A stretch of DNA of 64,000 bases, from contig CAVNZM010000017.1 of assembly GCA_963693365.1 (NCBI GenBank), forward strand, positions 4,826,708-4,890,707, in the 5' to 3' direction. The notes under the pieces were generated by a model. That model ran no database searches, had not been told where the DNA came from, and was given only the letters and a program-made list of their open reading frames with translations. A program made the position numbers and the translations under genes. The stretch comes from Amoebidium appalachense (Eukaryota; Protista; Ichthyosporea). The stretch's first letter is position 1; every line of letters starts with the position of its first letter. This document shows, piece after piece, positions 1 to 17,916 of the stretch.

Positions 1-29
1 GCAAAAGAATTTAAAAGCATAGTTCAACC

Positions 30-1147
30 ATGTCACAGCTTTGTTTCTTTCAAAACACCCAACCTGCTCCAAGCAACAAGCCACCGGCTGGTTCTTCACT
101 TTCGTTTTTTATGCAGGGCTCAAATTCGCAACCAAGCACACCACCAGGCAGTATGCTTTCCATGGGTGGAATCAATAATATCAGCAGTTTTCACTCTCGG
201 TCCGCATTTCATGCCCCGACCTCTGTAGATGGACTTCAACAAGGCTGTCACGAGGATTCGACGGCAGTTATTGGTGATAAACGCTTTAAGGTGTGTGCGT
301 TGAGATATTCTTAAAATTATAATGTGCAAGTTCTTGTCTTAATCCGGTACTTTTGATATTCACAGTGCTTCTGTTTTTGGTTTGCCTTATTTCCTTAGGT
401 TACAGGGTTTCTTGCATTTGTAAGATATTTTGTATATGCATTCGGCTGAATATTCGTTGTTTTTTATTCCCGTGCAGATTTTGGAGGATTTGGAATGTGT
501 TCGATGAATTTAAATAAGTGGCTAGGTTAACCAAATTTTGTTTGCTTAGTTAGTCGCCACCACCGAACTCCCCCTCTCACCGTGCACGTGCGGCACGGAC
601 ACACACACGCGCGCGCGCGCGCGCCGCGCGCACACGCACACGAGCGCGCATGCGCAGACATGCACAGACACGTACACACAAAAAAACACACATCCAAACA
701 CGCACACATGTGCACACACACACAAAGATCATGACATGCACACACACACGCGCGCGCACACATACACACACTATGACACACACACACACACACACACCAG
801 TCGCACAGTATACGTATCCAGTCAGCATGTTGCAATGTGACACAATGACTGACTTTAGATAATTCTGACACACGCAGATTGGCAAAGTGATCGAATCCGG
901 TCACACCGCCGTTGTATTAAAAGCATTCGACACCCTAAGGGGAGAAGACGTTGCTGTTAAGCGCATTGTGAAGACACAGGTTGCCAGGCAGGTTGTGATT
1001 CGTGAATCGTCAGTTCTGAGGGGGTTGGATCATCAAAACATTATTAAGCTTCACGATGTAAGTATCCAATAAGAGCACACAATACAAAGAAATGCCCCCC
1101 CCTCCCCCCCCATACACACACACCACCACCACCACCGCCCACACACA

Positions 1148-1194
<47 letters not shown>

Positions 1195-1506
1195 ATGCAG
1201 GGCACACAGATGTGTGGTGCATGCAAGGCCCGTTCAAGTCCGCTCTGAATTACCACATGCACAAAGCACCCCTAAATTACACACATGCACATGTGCTCAC
1301 ACATACAGCCAAGGGGTACACCTGCACGAACACACACACACACACACGTGCACATGCACGGACGCGCGTACACGCGCGCATACACACACACACACATGTG
1401 GGCCCGCCAGCAGCATGGCATATTGTAACACAAACACAGCACACACATAATAAGACCACGCATGCGTGTACATTTCCAACCTTACATGTACATTGTGATT
1501 GTGTGG

Positions 1507-1547
<41 letters not shown>

Positions 1548-1922
1548 TGCAGGTTCGAGCGCAACCTCGACCTTCGGCCCCTTCCCCCCCCCTCCCTCGC
1601 CCCCTTCGCACCACACAATGCGCTCTTATTGAGCACAATCACACACGTTTCACTGGTGGGCGTGTTTACAATCTATCTTCAGATATTATCTGACGCCCAC
1701 ATCCACACACAGGTTGTCGAAACACCCCACCATTTTCTCCTTGTTATGGAGTACGTGTCTGGCGGGGACCTCTTTGCCAAAGTTTGTGAGGATGGCCCCA
1801 AGGATACCTCCGAGCTGCCTCACATAATGCTCTTCCGCCAAATTCTTTCGGCTTTGGCCTACATGCACGAAAACGGATATTGCCATAGAGATGTAAGTGG
1901 ACCCCCCCCCCCCCCAAAAAAA

Positions 1923-1976
<54 letters not shown>

Positions 1977-3048
1977 CAAAAAAAGCAAAAAAGAGAAAAA
2001 AGAAGAGAGAAGAAAAGAAAATCTAATACTTCGCATAGTCCCACCTGTTTTTTTAGCGTGCATTTATTCCACTTGTACTGTCATTCGTGCACATAAACCC
2101 CGAATTGCCATGTATTCAGAATCCATCCAACCCCCCCCCCCCCCCCCCCCCCCCTTCCCCACCTCACACCCCCCTCCCTTCCCCCACCCAATCTAAATCG
2201 GAATGCTCTTTAGGAGTTTCGATACATGATAGTGAATCACATTCTGACGCCCGCTTCCCTCGTTCCACAGATCAAGCTCGAGAACGTCCTTCTCACACCC
2301 GACGGCAAAACGGCCAAACTGTGCGACTTTGGGTTCTCATGCAAAGCAACAGAAAACAGCGTCACAACGCTTCCAGGAACACCGGAGTATATGGCACCAG
2401 AATTGGTTGCTGGTAAACACGGGCTGTGTCTTCGTGCTACAGATGTCTGGTCTGCTGGTATTCTGCTGTTTGCGATGCAGGCGACGAATCATGGGCTGGA
2501 CTTCCCGTGGGAGATGGCAACTGAAAAGCAGGTTTTCGTGCAATGCCATGCAGCTAGAGCAGAGTGCGTGTGTGTGTGTCTACTTTTATTTTGAGTTTTT
2601 GGAAATGTTCTATAGTATTGTTGTAATCCGTTGTAGTGGTAGGAAGTGGGTGGGGGCGGGAGTCTTTTGTACTCAATAGCAAACGTGCAACATCACACAA
2701 GATTGACCCGATTAGAAAACTTCTATAAACGAGATCATTCAAATTAACATGTCCCCATTTCCCAGGAACGCCATATTCCGTGCATACATGCATGGCCAGC
2801 TAGCCCCCCGCCCATGGACGCTCTTCAGCCCCTGCCTGGTGGGTCTCCTGCGTATGATGCTCACTGTGGAGCCAAGCAAACGATGCACGGCACAACATGT
2901 ACTCGACTACATCGACATGCATTACGGTGCAGAGCTGAACATGAATGCGCGAACAAGTTCACAGCTGATGGTGGAGGTGGCAGAGTGTGTTCCGATGGAG
3001 GTTCAGGAACCACAAGCAGAGGCCCACACCTGCGTTGCTGGCGCGTGA
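30..3048 (+). CDS. Ser/Thr protein kinase (CAMK-group or SBK1-like); 5 exons at about 30-290, 878-1057, 1713-1892, 2271-2527, 2766-3048
   Basis: The spliced translation has the kinase subdomains in order: IGKVIESGHTAVV, VAVK, HQNIIKL, LVMEYVSGGDLF, YCHRD|IKLEN, LCDFG, GTPEYMAPE, DVWSAG, FPWE and EPSKRC, ending at TGA 3046-3048. Introns 1-3 are GT-AG and in phase. Intron 4 needs a GC donor at 2528 or a 1-nt indel. Confidence 0.92.
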
Positions 3049-4837
3049 GATGTGATGCTTTTTCTTGTGCCATGGATGATTTAAGAAGGATCACGTTTTG
3101 ATTTGACCACGTTTTGTGGCTATGTCTTGTATTTCTTTTGCATATTACATGTGCCTATGTCTTGATGAACAGAACAGCTTATGAAGGATCTCAGAACAAG
3201 TATAACGTGAGCCCCCATGGCCACGGCACAGAAACATTCAGCGGGACAACGCACTGGCTGCGCTCCCCCGAATAAAAGGGTTGAATGCGTCTTTTTAGGT
3301 TGAGAAAATAACTGCTCCAGAAATCAGACTAAAACAATTTTGGGCTAGGGCCTCTTACCCAGAATTGCCATCGTTACATGTTGTCCAGTGGTCCGACGCT
3401 TGGCTGGCTCGCTGTGTTTGCGCCAGCACGATGACGTCACAATAGCACCAACAATAATCTCATTTATATGCCGAGGTTGCAATTATCTAGTCATTATCTC
3501 CTCCGTATCCGAGAGTGAGGGCTTTTAAAAAATTTGTATATTCTTCTCCGAGGTATCAGTGATATCTCGATGGCTTCTATTTTGCTGAGCATATCAATAA
3601 AGTCACTATAATTTTTACGGCCGACTTTCGAATATGGACTTCCGCTATTGGCCTGCGCCCCACCTCGCGGCACTGGCGCTGAGACCTTTTCTACGTTAGA
3701 CGAAATTGTTGCCTCTTCTTGATTGGTACACAGTGTAATCGAGATTTTGAGCGGTGCAAAAATAATATCCTTCAAGACTTTTCTTAGGACTACTAAAGAG
3801 TGTTAAAAATTAGTAACATCATTACAAACTAGTATTTCAGCCTGATTGTAGCCCATTGGCAATGTTATAAAGTTATATAAAATTGCTATGACTAACGTTT
3901 TTTGTCATCAATGAAGGACACAAGTGAGCCAGAATAGAGGAATCTTGATCGGTTTTTTGCTACTTTAGTAAATTGATGTACGATTGGATTATCTTGATGT
4001 CATTGTGCAGTGGACCAGTCGGGTGTCGGGCAGATCTGAAATACCAACTTCTGTTTGATTGGTCCGGGTGTGGGACAGTTCGTTCGATTGGAGGATCTCA
4101 AACGTCTCTAACGTCGAACAATGAAAACCCTCCAAGATGGAGTGTACTGATGGGTCGGGCAGGCAATGAAGCTACCACCTACTGAGCCGGTGTCTCCTTT
4201 CTTTCTTTCTTTCTTTTTTTTTTTTATACTTAAAAGCCGCCTGAGTAGATGCAAAACGTCGCACGTGCGGCAACACGTCAGTACGTGTTAGGCAATGAAG
4301 AGTTTGACGATTTTCAGGGTACTGCGCTGCGCACTTTGTTTCGTACTCGGTTTGTGCCCCCCTTTTAATCAGTATGTTTGGATTGTCGTCTGCTGTTTGT
4401 CGTATGGAGGAATTGTCTCTTCGTTTTTGTCTTCAATTAGTTAGGATACCTGACGGTCACCCTCTTTATGCTTTCTTCCCCCCCCCCTCCCTCCATCCCT
4501 CTTCCCCCCCGATTCACCAACGCTACTTCTGAATGTCCTCAGCCTACCCTCTTTCAACCTGATTCTTCCTCTCGCTATCTCACTCCCTCTTTCTTTTCTC
4601 TTCCTGTTTTTTCTGCCTTTTCGCGTAATTACCATACGCATTTTAAGTTTCTCTCTCGTTCTGATAGAGAAATCAAAGGTAAAACTCAGTCGGCATGTGT
4701 TATGTTCCTTAGGCAACACCGTACTGATCATTATCGCTTTTTGGGAGCTTTGGCAGGATATATATTTCGCCTGCTGTACGTATGGATACCACCCTAGTAG
4801 ATAAGTCTGTATGGTGCTCTGATGTTGATATTGCCTG

Positions 4838-5153
4838 TGGGGTTTACACACTTTTTATTGCGTGGACACTGCCGGAGGCCCAGCCACATTCGACGGCCTA
4901 CTGCTTTTTCCAGTGCGGCAATCAAATGCAGCCAGTGACATATGTTAACATGCTAGGCAACAATGAGCGCCATTGTCATCGTAGTATATGACACCCCTAT
5001 TACATATTATGGGTAAGCAGAGGCTAGTAGCATCGGTAGCTCCGAAAGAAAGTTAAGGCACCGGATCACAATATCATACTGTGCAGCATTAATAAGGTGA
5101 TCTAGGATAGTCATCTTAAAACGGATATATTGAGAAGAGAGGAAGAAAAGAGA
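4838..5153 (-). mobile_element. Dispersed ~315-bp non-autonomous element, copy 1
   Basis: Reverse complement of 43062-43357 and in part of 12753-12905. Flanked by the direct repeat TATTGCCTG (4829-4837 and 5154-5162), extendable to GATATTGCCTG. Confidence 0.8.
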
Positions 5154-6181
5154 TATTGCCTGGGAAGTTGTGCAGTACGTGGCGTTGTAATTTTTGTTTC
5201 CATCGCCGCTGGTGCCACTTTTGTGCTGAACTTTTTAATCGCAAGCATGTTGATAGGTGTGAGTTTTTATGTCGCGTTTTACCTCTTTCCCTACGGGTGT
5301 CTGCTACACTGGCTGGCAATGTGACCACTTTAGACTTTTTGTTGAATTCTGTTGGTCGTCACATTGAGTATGATTTTCACACAGTGTTCAGGTACCTCAG
5401 TATGCACTTGTTACTGGATAACTCGTGAAGTTTTTATTGTCTTCTCAGTATGCCGTGCATACTTGCATATCTTTCCGTCGAATAAATCCAGTCAAAAGAG
5501 AAAAAAAAAATAAAAAAAATAAATAAATAAATAAATAAAATTGCAATGCTTTGATGGGCAGGGCTAAAATTCCAGTCAAAAGAAAGAAAAAAAAGAAAAA
5601 TAAAAATAAAAATTCAGCGTCCTTGCAATTTGTGCTCTTGGTTGGGCTCAGAATGATATATTTGGTAAATCTCGTGTGTATGGCCCCAGGGCCGGGAGTC
5701 AGTACATGTGATTTATTTGCGGCCCAGTGGGGGCCTGCGGGGACGGCAGCCGGGTGCTGCCTCTCATCATCAGACCGGCCATAAAGCAATCGAAAAGCAG
5801 TTTGGTGTCTAAAATGGAGATATCAGTTTGTGGCGCGGAAATCTCTGACTTTAGGATACACCGGCCTATGATCCAGCCCCCACGGACAAGAATTCGCAAG
5901 GCTTGTCGACACCACATCTCTTTTGAATGGTTAACTATTGTAAACAGCTGCGGCAGCGATGCCACCGTCAATGTGTCACGTGTGATGCCATAGTGTTTAC
6001 TTGCCAAGCGCACATTGGCCCTCATGTTCTTGATTCCCTCACATTTATTGGCATGTACTTTTCGAATCTGGTCATTCAGGCCGTAGAACACTTACTGATC
6101 GATTCAGTGACAGTAGCACGAGCACGCTCCCAAACACCAGAAACGTACATCAATACATGAAAGGGAAAACAAAGCAGCAAC

Positions 6182-10526
<4,345 letters not shown>

Positions 10527-11322
10527 TATTTTCGTATAGTAGTATATCTACCTGTACGTATATCCACACACACACGTACACACACACGGAGGGACATGTA
10601 GTTTTAAAGTAATTATCTCCGCATGCGTCTTTGGTTTCCTCCCTCTTCCAACCGTTTTCAAAGAGTTTTTGTGTAACTATCAGCTGCTATCATCGAATTT
10701 CTTGGCTTGAATGAATGTACTGCTGTGTCTAAAGACTTTCACCTATGCTACCAAGTTTTCCATGTTGTTCATAAACTGAGGGATAATATATTACCTCATG
10801 AATGGTAAAAGTTGTGTGTTTGGTTGTATTTACTGTTGAAGGATGTCCCTGTTGGGCAGATGAGCTGGAACAAAACTAATTAACATTGTATCTGATTCAG
10901 CCAACAATTGCAATGTGATAATAATTTGAACGATATCAACCGAATGTAATTTATATTTTTGTTGTTGCAACTACATTAGCGCATCATATCTGGGTTATGT
11001 ACCATAATAATTAAAGTGGCCGTGGTATGTATACGTAATAAAACAAAGTAGTTGTACCAGTACTGGTATATTTTCCTCTAAGGCAACATGCACACCAACA
11101 TGACAGAGACAACAGGCCTAGGGGAAGTGTGGGCATGGCCGCTTTCAAATTGAACTTTATGCAGCCATATGGCCATGCATGCATGAAAGCTGCAGGCATA
11201 TAAACTGTTGAGGCCTAGGACAAGCAAAAACTGTGTGCATGCATATGTGCCAATGGCCAATCTGGTGCCCACCCACCAGTTTGTTTTCATTTATCATGTG
11301 GCAGTTGACACCAAGAGCAGCA

Positions 11323-11357
<35 letters not shown>

Positions 11358-11370
11358 CTCCCTCCCTAGG

Positions 11371-11535
11371 CCTTACTCACTCCGGACTTGACAGTGTAGC
11401 ACGGCCGCTTGATGTTCAGCTAGCTAAAATTAGTTAGTAGGTCTTCCGGGCTCTTCCACCTCGGTTCCCCGGCCGGGTATGGCAGAGGGACTCAGGGACG
11501 AATTCTTTTTCTTATTCTTTTCTTCTTCTTCTTCT

Positions 11536-11571
<36 letters not shown>

Positions 11572-11593
11572 TGGTGGTGGTGCACGTGGTGGT

Positions 11594-11631
<38 letters not shown>

Positions 11632-11855
11632 TGGTTCGGGGAGGCTTGAAAATTTACCAAGACCATGTATAGACAGATCGCCGAGACAAACGTTACCAGG
11701 AGACAAACCCTTAAGGTCGGACGTTGTTCCGAACTCCTGGGCCGGGCCAATTGTGGTGGCGCCACTGCCAGTGGCCCAGTGCCTGGGGCCGCCCAATCGA
11801 AAACACCACCGTCACTGCCACGGTCCACCATACATTCCTTTTCCACCAAAAACAA
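11371..11855 (-). CDS. Possible small spliced gene or gene relic with a hydrophobic segment (type II membrane-like)
   Basis: ORF ...RPTLRVCLLVTFVSAICLYMVL is followed by a GTAAAT donor (~11659), an intron ending TACTAAC...TTTTAG (~11424) and a short exon ending at a GTGAGT donor (~11370). No family recognised; downstream exons uncertain. Confidence 0.3.
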
Positions 11856-12752
11856 GAAACATAAGATGGGAAATCATCATCAAGGAAATAACGGGGCAGT
11901 GTGGAGCCTCTGACAGTCTGTCTGCTGTCTGAGAGGGCTCACAGACACAGGGACCTGGCTGTCAGGGGCTTTGGCCGACTTCCTCATGATCAGTGCCTTA
12001 CCGACCATATTCAATGTACACCAATAGATAAGCCTAAACTGCTGAAAAATACATACCTAAGTTCTTCCACCAACACCGTAACGTTTGGTCAAGTGTGATC
12101 AAATTTTTGGTCAACTCACAACTCAAGAGGGCTAGCAGTCTACGAACAGGTTGGTCATGGTTGTAAACCTCAGATAATCATCTCTAACATGCTGCTTGAT
12201 TTCTTAGGGTGCCAACATATGTAGCCGGCATCACCCGCGAAAAGTTGGTCCGCCAGTTGCCAGCGCCGCAGCTACTCCGGTCCCTTGACGCCTTGACACT
12301 TTTGACCGAGCGCGTAATGCCGCGCATGGCGCCACGCATGCCGCGAGTCAGCTGGGCTAGCTAGGCCGAGGCGCTGCTCTGTCACTCTGTTGCAGAGAAT
12401 GGGAAAAATGCGAAAATCCCTGTGGAATTTCGGTTTGTGATTGAATAGCGCATACCTGGGCGGTTACTCAGGGACCGTCAGAAAGTCCGACAAATTTTGA
12501 TTCAGCCGCCGCAGAAGAAGAAAAGCAAGGCCTCTGTGTACTGTACGTAGCCTAGATTTGGAGGGGGGGGGGGGGGGGGGGGGAAACATTACATATTACT
12601 TGACGCTAGCAAATATTACATAATACTTGACGCTAGCATTCACCGTGGAGCATCAATGACTCGCTATACGAATCATCAATAGTAGCCAATAAGTTTATTA
12701 ATTTGGCGCTCTGATTGGACGGTAATAAAGCCCATCCTTCTGAGTTGGTATT

Positions 12753-12905
12753 AGGGGTGTCATATACTACGATGGCGCTCATTGTTGCCTAGCATGTACA
12801 TATGTCACTGGCTGCATTTGGTTGGCTGCGCTGGAAAACGCAGTAGGCCGTCGAATGTGGCTGGGCCTCCGGCAGTGTCCACGCAATAAAAAGTGTGTAA
12901 ACCCC
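12753..12905 (+). mobile_element. Short copy (153 bp) of the dispersed element, copy 2
   Basis: AGGGGTGTCATATACTACGATGG...AATAAAAAGTGTGTAAACCCC, flanked by the 8-bp direct repeat TTGGTATT (12745-12752 and 12906-12913). Confidence 0.8.
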
Positions 12906-13313
12906 TTGGTATTGTTACAACCCTTTGTAGCTGTCACTAACCCCCTAAGCTGTGTCTGGGCCACACGTGCGCTCATTGGTTGTTTTGTTTTGGCCACGCC
13001 AAATTTGGCAAAATGCCCCCACGCATTCCATTCCGGAGAAAAATCAAAATACTCAAGCCTTCCGGCGCTGCTACGGAGATAATCTCGGACCCAAAACTCG
13101 AACAGTTGGTGCATAGTAGTATAGTTTATATACTGTTACGAAGCTCTAAGGAATCTTTTTGTGCAATATAAATGGCTCTGCAAGCTCTTGTATGGTCATT
13201 AGAGTATGTACATGGGATGAATTGTGAAATGTGAACCCGGGGACGCCGGTTCATCATCCCCGGGTCAGATCCCCCCACACTTTCAGCTACGGGGCGTATT
13301 CTCTGTGAGTGGC

Positions 13314-13630
13314 CACATTTTCGTTGGTTTGATGACATGTTAACACCTGACAGTGTACAACACCAATACATACCCAAGAAGCACCAATAGCCAAGGTATC
13401 AATAACATCCCGAATAACATTTCTAAGAAGAAGGAAAAAAACACTATGGAACATAAAAGCAAACATATTCACACATTTTCGTTGGTTTGATGAAATGTTA
13501 ACACCTGAGAGTGTACAACACCAATACATACCCAAGAAGCACCAATAGCCAAGGTATCAAGAACATCCCGATTAATATTTCTAAAAAGAAGAAAAAAAAA
13601 CAATATGGAACACAAAAGCCAACATATTCA
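13314..13630. repeat. Tandem duplication, 2 x ~158 bp
   Basis: CACATTTTCGTTGGTTTGATGA...AAACATATTCA starts at 13314 and again at 13472 with scattered substitutions. Confidence 0.9.
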
Positions 13631-13971
13631 TAATACACGTGAATGTAACAGTGTATTGTCATGACTACACGTGTTCAAATAACGTTTTGATCACTGAGTG
13701 ACCACGCAATTAGGCATGTATGGAAAATTTACTGTAAGAACTTTTTTCCTTTAAGAGGGCATCAAATATTTTCAAAGCGGAACTTTTTTGGGCTTCGAGC
13801 TCACTAGTGCTCACTGTGACTGTCGAATAATTATGAAGAGCTTTTGGAGTTGTTTTGAGCCCCCAAAATCAGGGGTAGTTAGGGGGACACTTTTCGCCCG
13901 TGCTGATAAAGTCATCCAATCAGTGACTGTACCCAAAAATTCCTTAGATCTAAGGAATGCACTTCAAAGAC

Positions 13972-13980
13972 TATATAAAT
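13972..13980 (+). promoter_or_regulatory. Putative TATA box of the chitinase gene
   Basis: TATATAAAT lies ~115 bp upstream of ATG 14088 and is preceded by the perfect palindrome ATTCCTTAGATCTAAGGAAT (13939-13958). Confidence 0.5.
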
Positions 13981-14087
13981 CCCCAACATCCACACTCCTA
14001 GGACGTAAACAAGCAAGAAGCTTCAAGCATCAACTACAATTTTTGGATCCTCTTCCAAGTCAGCTACAACTTCAAATCCAACTCAAA

Positions 14088-16493
14088 ATGCACGCATTCT
14101 TGGCGCTTGTAGCTACCGCGGCCGCCCTTTCGAGCGCCAAAGCCCAAAGCTGCATCGCAGAATATGGCCAGTGCGGTGGCCAGGGTTTTGTCACCAACCA
14201 AGCATGCTGCGATGGAATGGTGTGTGAAGGCACCGAGTGGTGGCAGTCGTGCAAGAAGGGAGCAAACACAGTCACCACGTCGGCCATCCAAACAACTACA
14301 ACTACAACTACAAGTAGGACTACCACTACTACGGTTGTACCCACCACCACAACGGTAAAGCCCTCCACCACCACAACTGCAGTAAAGCCCCCCCCCCCTC
14401 CCCCCACCACCCGCACATCGACCACCACAACCACAACACGGCCCCCTTCGACCACCGGTACCACCACAAGTACAAAGCCGTCAACAGCTACGACCACAAC
14501 GAACACCCCATCGGTATGTGTTTCGCTTTCGGCATTGTGATTTTTAATTTTTTTCCTACACCTTGATAACTTACGCCGTGATCACGGCATGTTTGTTTTC
14601 GTGCATGACTTGAACAATGTATACTCTCAGCACATGTTGCACATTTGCTAATATCCTACGTATACGGCACAGATAATATATGCTTCCATTTGCTTCAGCT
14701 TTAGGGGTATTCGTTAAGAAGTCGAATAAGTTATATATGTAATAATAGCTAACCATCCTCTTTGTTCCACAGTCCACATGCCCCCGTCGGACCAGCCGGC
14801 CACCAGCAACCCAACCCTTCTGGACCGCATCAAGTTCCAAACACGCACCCTGCCAGGCACTCCCACCATCAACCTGGCAAACCCCGCAAACAACCCTGCA
14901 AACGTGCAGCGTGTGATGCGCATTCTACCCGAGTCTTCTTTCAACTATCTGTTCCCCCGCCGCAATGAGGTCTACACGTACCTTGGACTGCTCAAGGTGG
15001 TGGCCAAGTGGCCGGCGTTCTGTGACGATGCATTCGATGGCACCAAGAAGGATGAGGTCTGCAGAAAGGAGCTGGCTTCGACTTTTGCAGATTTTGTTCG
15101 GGTGAGTCAACATTAAGGTCTTGTACAGGCTATCATGATGTAATAAGGTGAGCTGTGTTTTATTTCCTTCTTTCTATTCCTTTTTTCCCCCTGTTTGCCT
15201 TCCTTTTGAAAATCCTTTTTTCTCTCTCCAACGTTTGTTTTGCATAAATGCAGGTCACTGCTCGGAGTTAGATATGGAGATACAAAATATCAGAGTATCT
15301 ATAACATATATATTTAATAAGAATTCCCCCTTTTTTCAACAGGAGACGGGAGAAAACTCGCCGTACACGGAGCAGACCATGGGCTTTGCGCTGTGACGGC
15401 AGGGCCTCTTCTTTGTCCGCGAGGTCAACCAGGCGCCGTACCGGGACCAGTGTGACGACAGCACGTGGTGGGCCAAATACTACCCATGCAGTCCCAGCGG
15501 CCTCTACTACGGCCGGGGGGCCAAGCAGCTCACGTACGTACATGTACAACTATGGGCCCTTCTCCGACATTGTGTTTGGCGACAGGACCGTGCTGCTGAA
15601 CAACCCCGACCTCGTGGCCACCGACGGCTTCCTGGCCTTTGCCTCCGCCATTTGGTTCGGAATGACACCCCAGGTAACCAACCCCCCCCCCCCCCCCCTC
15701 CCCCCCTCCTCCTCCCCCCAACACACACACACACACAAAACACCCAAAAAAAGGTCCACCCCGGCACAATTACTGTTCAGTTATAGAAAAGGAAAACCAC
15801 ACATATTGAACGGAAAGAAGGGGGGGAAAAAAACAAAATATCCTATCCACCTGCCACCTGCTCACACCCAACCATCGGCAGTCGCCCAAGCCCAGCATGC
15901 ACGACATCAACAGCGGCTGGTACCGGCCGGGGGCCGTCGAGGCCTCCCTCAACATCAGCGCTGGGTTTGGGGCCACCGTCAACGTCATCAATGGGGGACT
16001 GGAGTGCGGCAAGGGGGGCCCAGCAGAGAAAACACAGGTGCAGACCAGAACCGCTGCCTACCGAAATTTCGCCGCATACCTAAACGTGAGCTACAGCGAG
16101 GCCGAGCTTGGCTGCCGTAACATGGGCGCATTCCCGGCCAATGGCGTGGCTGCGCTGGACCTCTACTGGTATGTGCCCTTGCACTGTGTGATTCGAATGT
16201 ACAGATTGTTTCTTTGTTTTTGGGTGGAGGTGGGCGGGAGGGGGGTGGGGGGGGGGGAAGGGGGTGGAGGGGAGGGGAAGGGGGTCATAATTTATCGCTA
16301 AGTTGGAGGGAGTAGAAGCAGAGGATTCGAATTCGATTCGGAATGAGGGATGGGGCACGGCCATCTAGGGTGTTTCTAGATGGCCGTGGGGATGGGGGTA
16401 GGTGGATGAGTTATGAGGAATGGGGACAGCAGGCACGTGTCATATACATTGTGATAAACATGTTTTGCTGCGGAATCCCCCCCCCCCCCCTTC

Positions 16494-16545
<52 letters not shown>

Positions 16546-16946
16546 AGATACATACACACACACACACACACACGAATCCCCTCCCCTCCCCCCTCCCTTC
16601 CCCCAATACCGTACTCGGAGAGAGAGAGAGATGCACACACACTCGAGCCCCCCCCACCCCCCCCCCCCCCCACCCCATCCCCCCCCCCCCCCCCCCCCCC
16701 CGCCCCAAACATACAATGCACCCCACAGCCATATTCCCACTCACCCACTGCTCAAACCACACCCCATATAAGGCTACGAACGAGCTCTAATCATTGGCCT
16801 ATTCATTCCGCAGGGACCGCGCTTGGGACTGGCAGGCGTGCCGCTGCAAGCAGGTGACCTACCAGACGCCCTTTAACATGCTCAGCCCCAGTCTGGGCTA
16901 CAACGAGTGCACCTGCCACTTCTTTTTCGTCAACTGCAAGGCGTGA
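14088..16946 (+). pseudogene. Secreted CBM1 + Thr/Pro linker + GH19 chitinase, disrupted; exons at 14088-14513, 14773-15101, 15343-15673, 15882-16168, 16814-16946
   Basis: Signal peptide MHAFLALVATAAALSSAKA, CBM1 YGQCGGQGF...CC...C...WWQSC, Thr-rich linker, then GH19 motifs YTYLGLLKVVAKWPAFC, ETG, YYGRGAKQL, YNYG, AFASAIWF.MTPQSPKPSMHD, GFGATVNVINGGLECG. Lesions: frame break at the C5 run 14781-14785, in-frame TGA at 15394-15396, and a 4-bp duplication at ~15534-15541. Confidence 0.88.
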
Positions 16947-17739
16947 AGACAAAACTTCCATATAAGAAAATGGTTAAAGGAGGAAGCGGTGTGTTCGTAT
17001 GAGAATTAACGGAACTTAGGTGTGGGGTAAGTTTGATTCCAAAGTTAGGAGCTCCGATTGATGGGAAAAAAACGTAGTGACCGGCATTTACTAATTAAAG
17101 AAAATGCTAGTGATGTACCTACTGGTGCTTATTTTAGTGTCACGTATGTTGAACAACTAAGGACATTACTCTTAAGCGATAACAATTTCAGCAAAGCGAG
17201 TTGTAATGATAGTTAGTAGAAGCCAAAATTTTGGTGCTTAGTAACTATCAATACGATAGGATGGTTCTGTGACTCAATCTGCCATTCTTACTGCAGGAAT
17301 TTCACAATTCTAAGCTTTTTTTTTTTTTTTTTTTGAGAAGTTCCTCTCAATTTAGATGCCGCATATGATAGCATATATAAAGCGTGTGAATTTCTGGTGC
17401 AGAATGCGCAAGTTACCAATTTGAACTTGGGATAATGGCCGCTCGGCTAATTAGTGTTGTTCATGAATACAAATAAACACACAAGCCAATGAAAAAGCAT
17501 TGACGATTTCCCGAAAAAGAGGACCAACTCAAGTTATATTTTACGAATGATAAAAGCCGATTTTTTTCGTTACACATTAGTAAGAAATGTAGTGCTGTGA
17601 CAGTAACGTGATACTGTGTGGTCTTGAAACCACAGCATGAAAACACACACACATAGACACACGCGCACCCACACAAACACACACACGTGCGCACATGCGC
17701 GCACGCGCGCCCACGTGCGCACGTGTGCGCACGCGCGCG

Positions 17740-17825
<86 letters not shown>

Positions 17826-17916
17826 CACCGACCGTCTACACGCACGTACACATACACGGAGGCACATGCGTAGCTTTCCGTGTTTTCTCCGAATCCCTAA
17901 CACAACCGTACGGCCT

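Noticed and set aside
3487-3895. Possible DNA transposon remnant bounded by TAGTCAT/ATGACTA
   Set aside because: The inverted match is only 7 bp and there is no second copy in the window.
5699-6091. 130-aa minus-strand ORF upstream of MED7
   Set aside because: It has a non-ATG start, no recognisable motifs and no supporting splice structure.
15394-15396. UGA-to-Trp or selenocysteine recoding in the chitinase
   Set aside because: TGA terminates the kinase, MED7 and the chitinase itself, Trp is encoded by TGG elsewhere, and the gene has other lesions.
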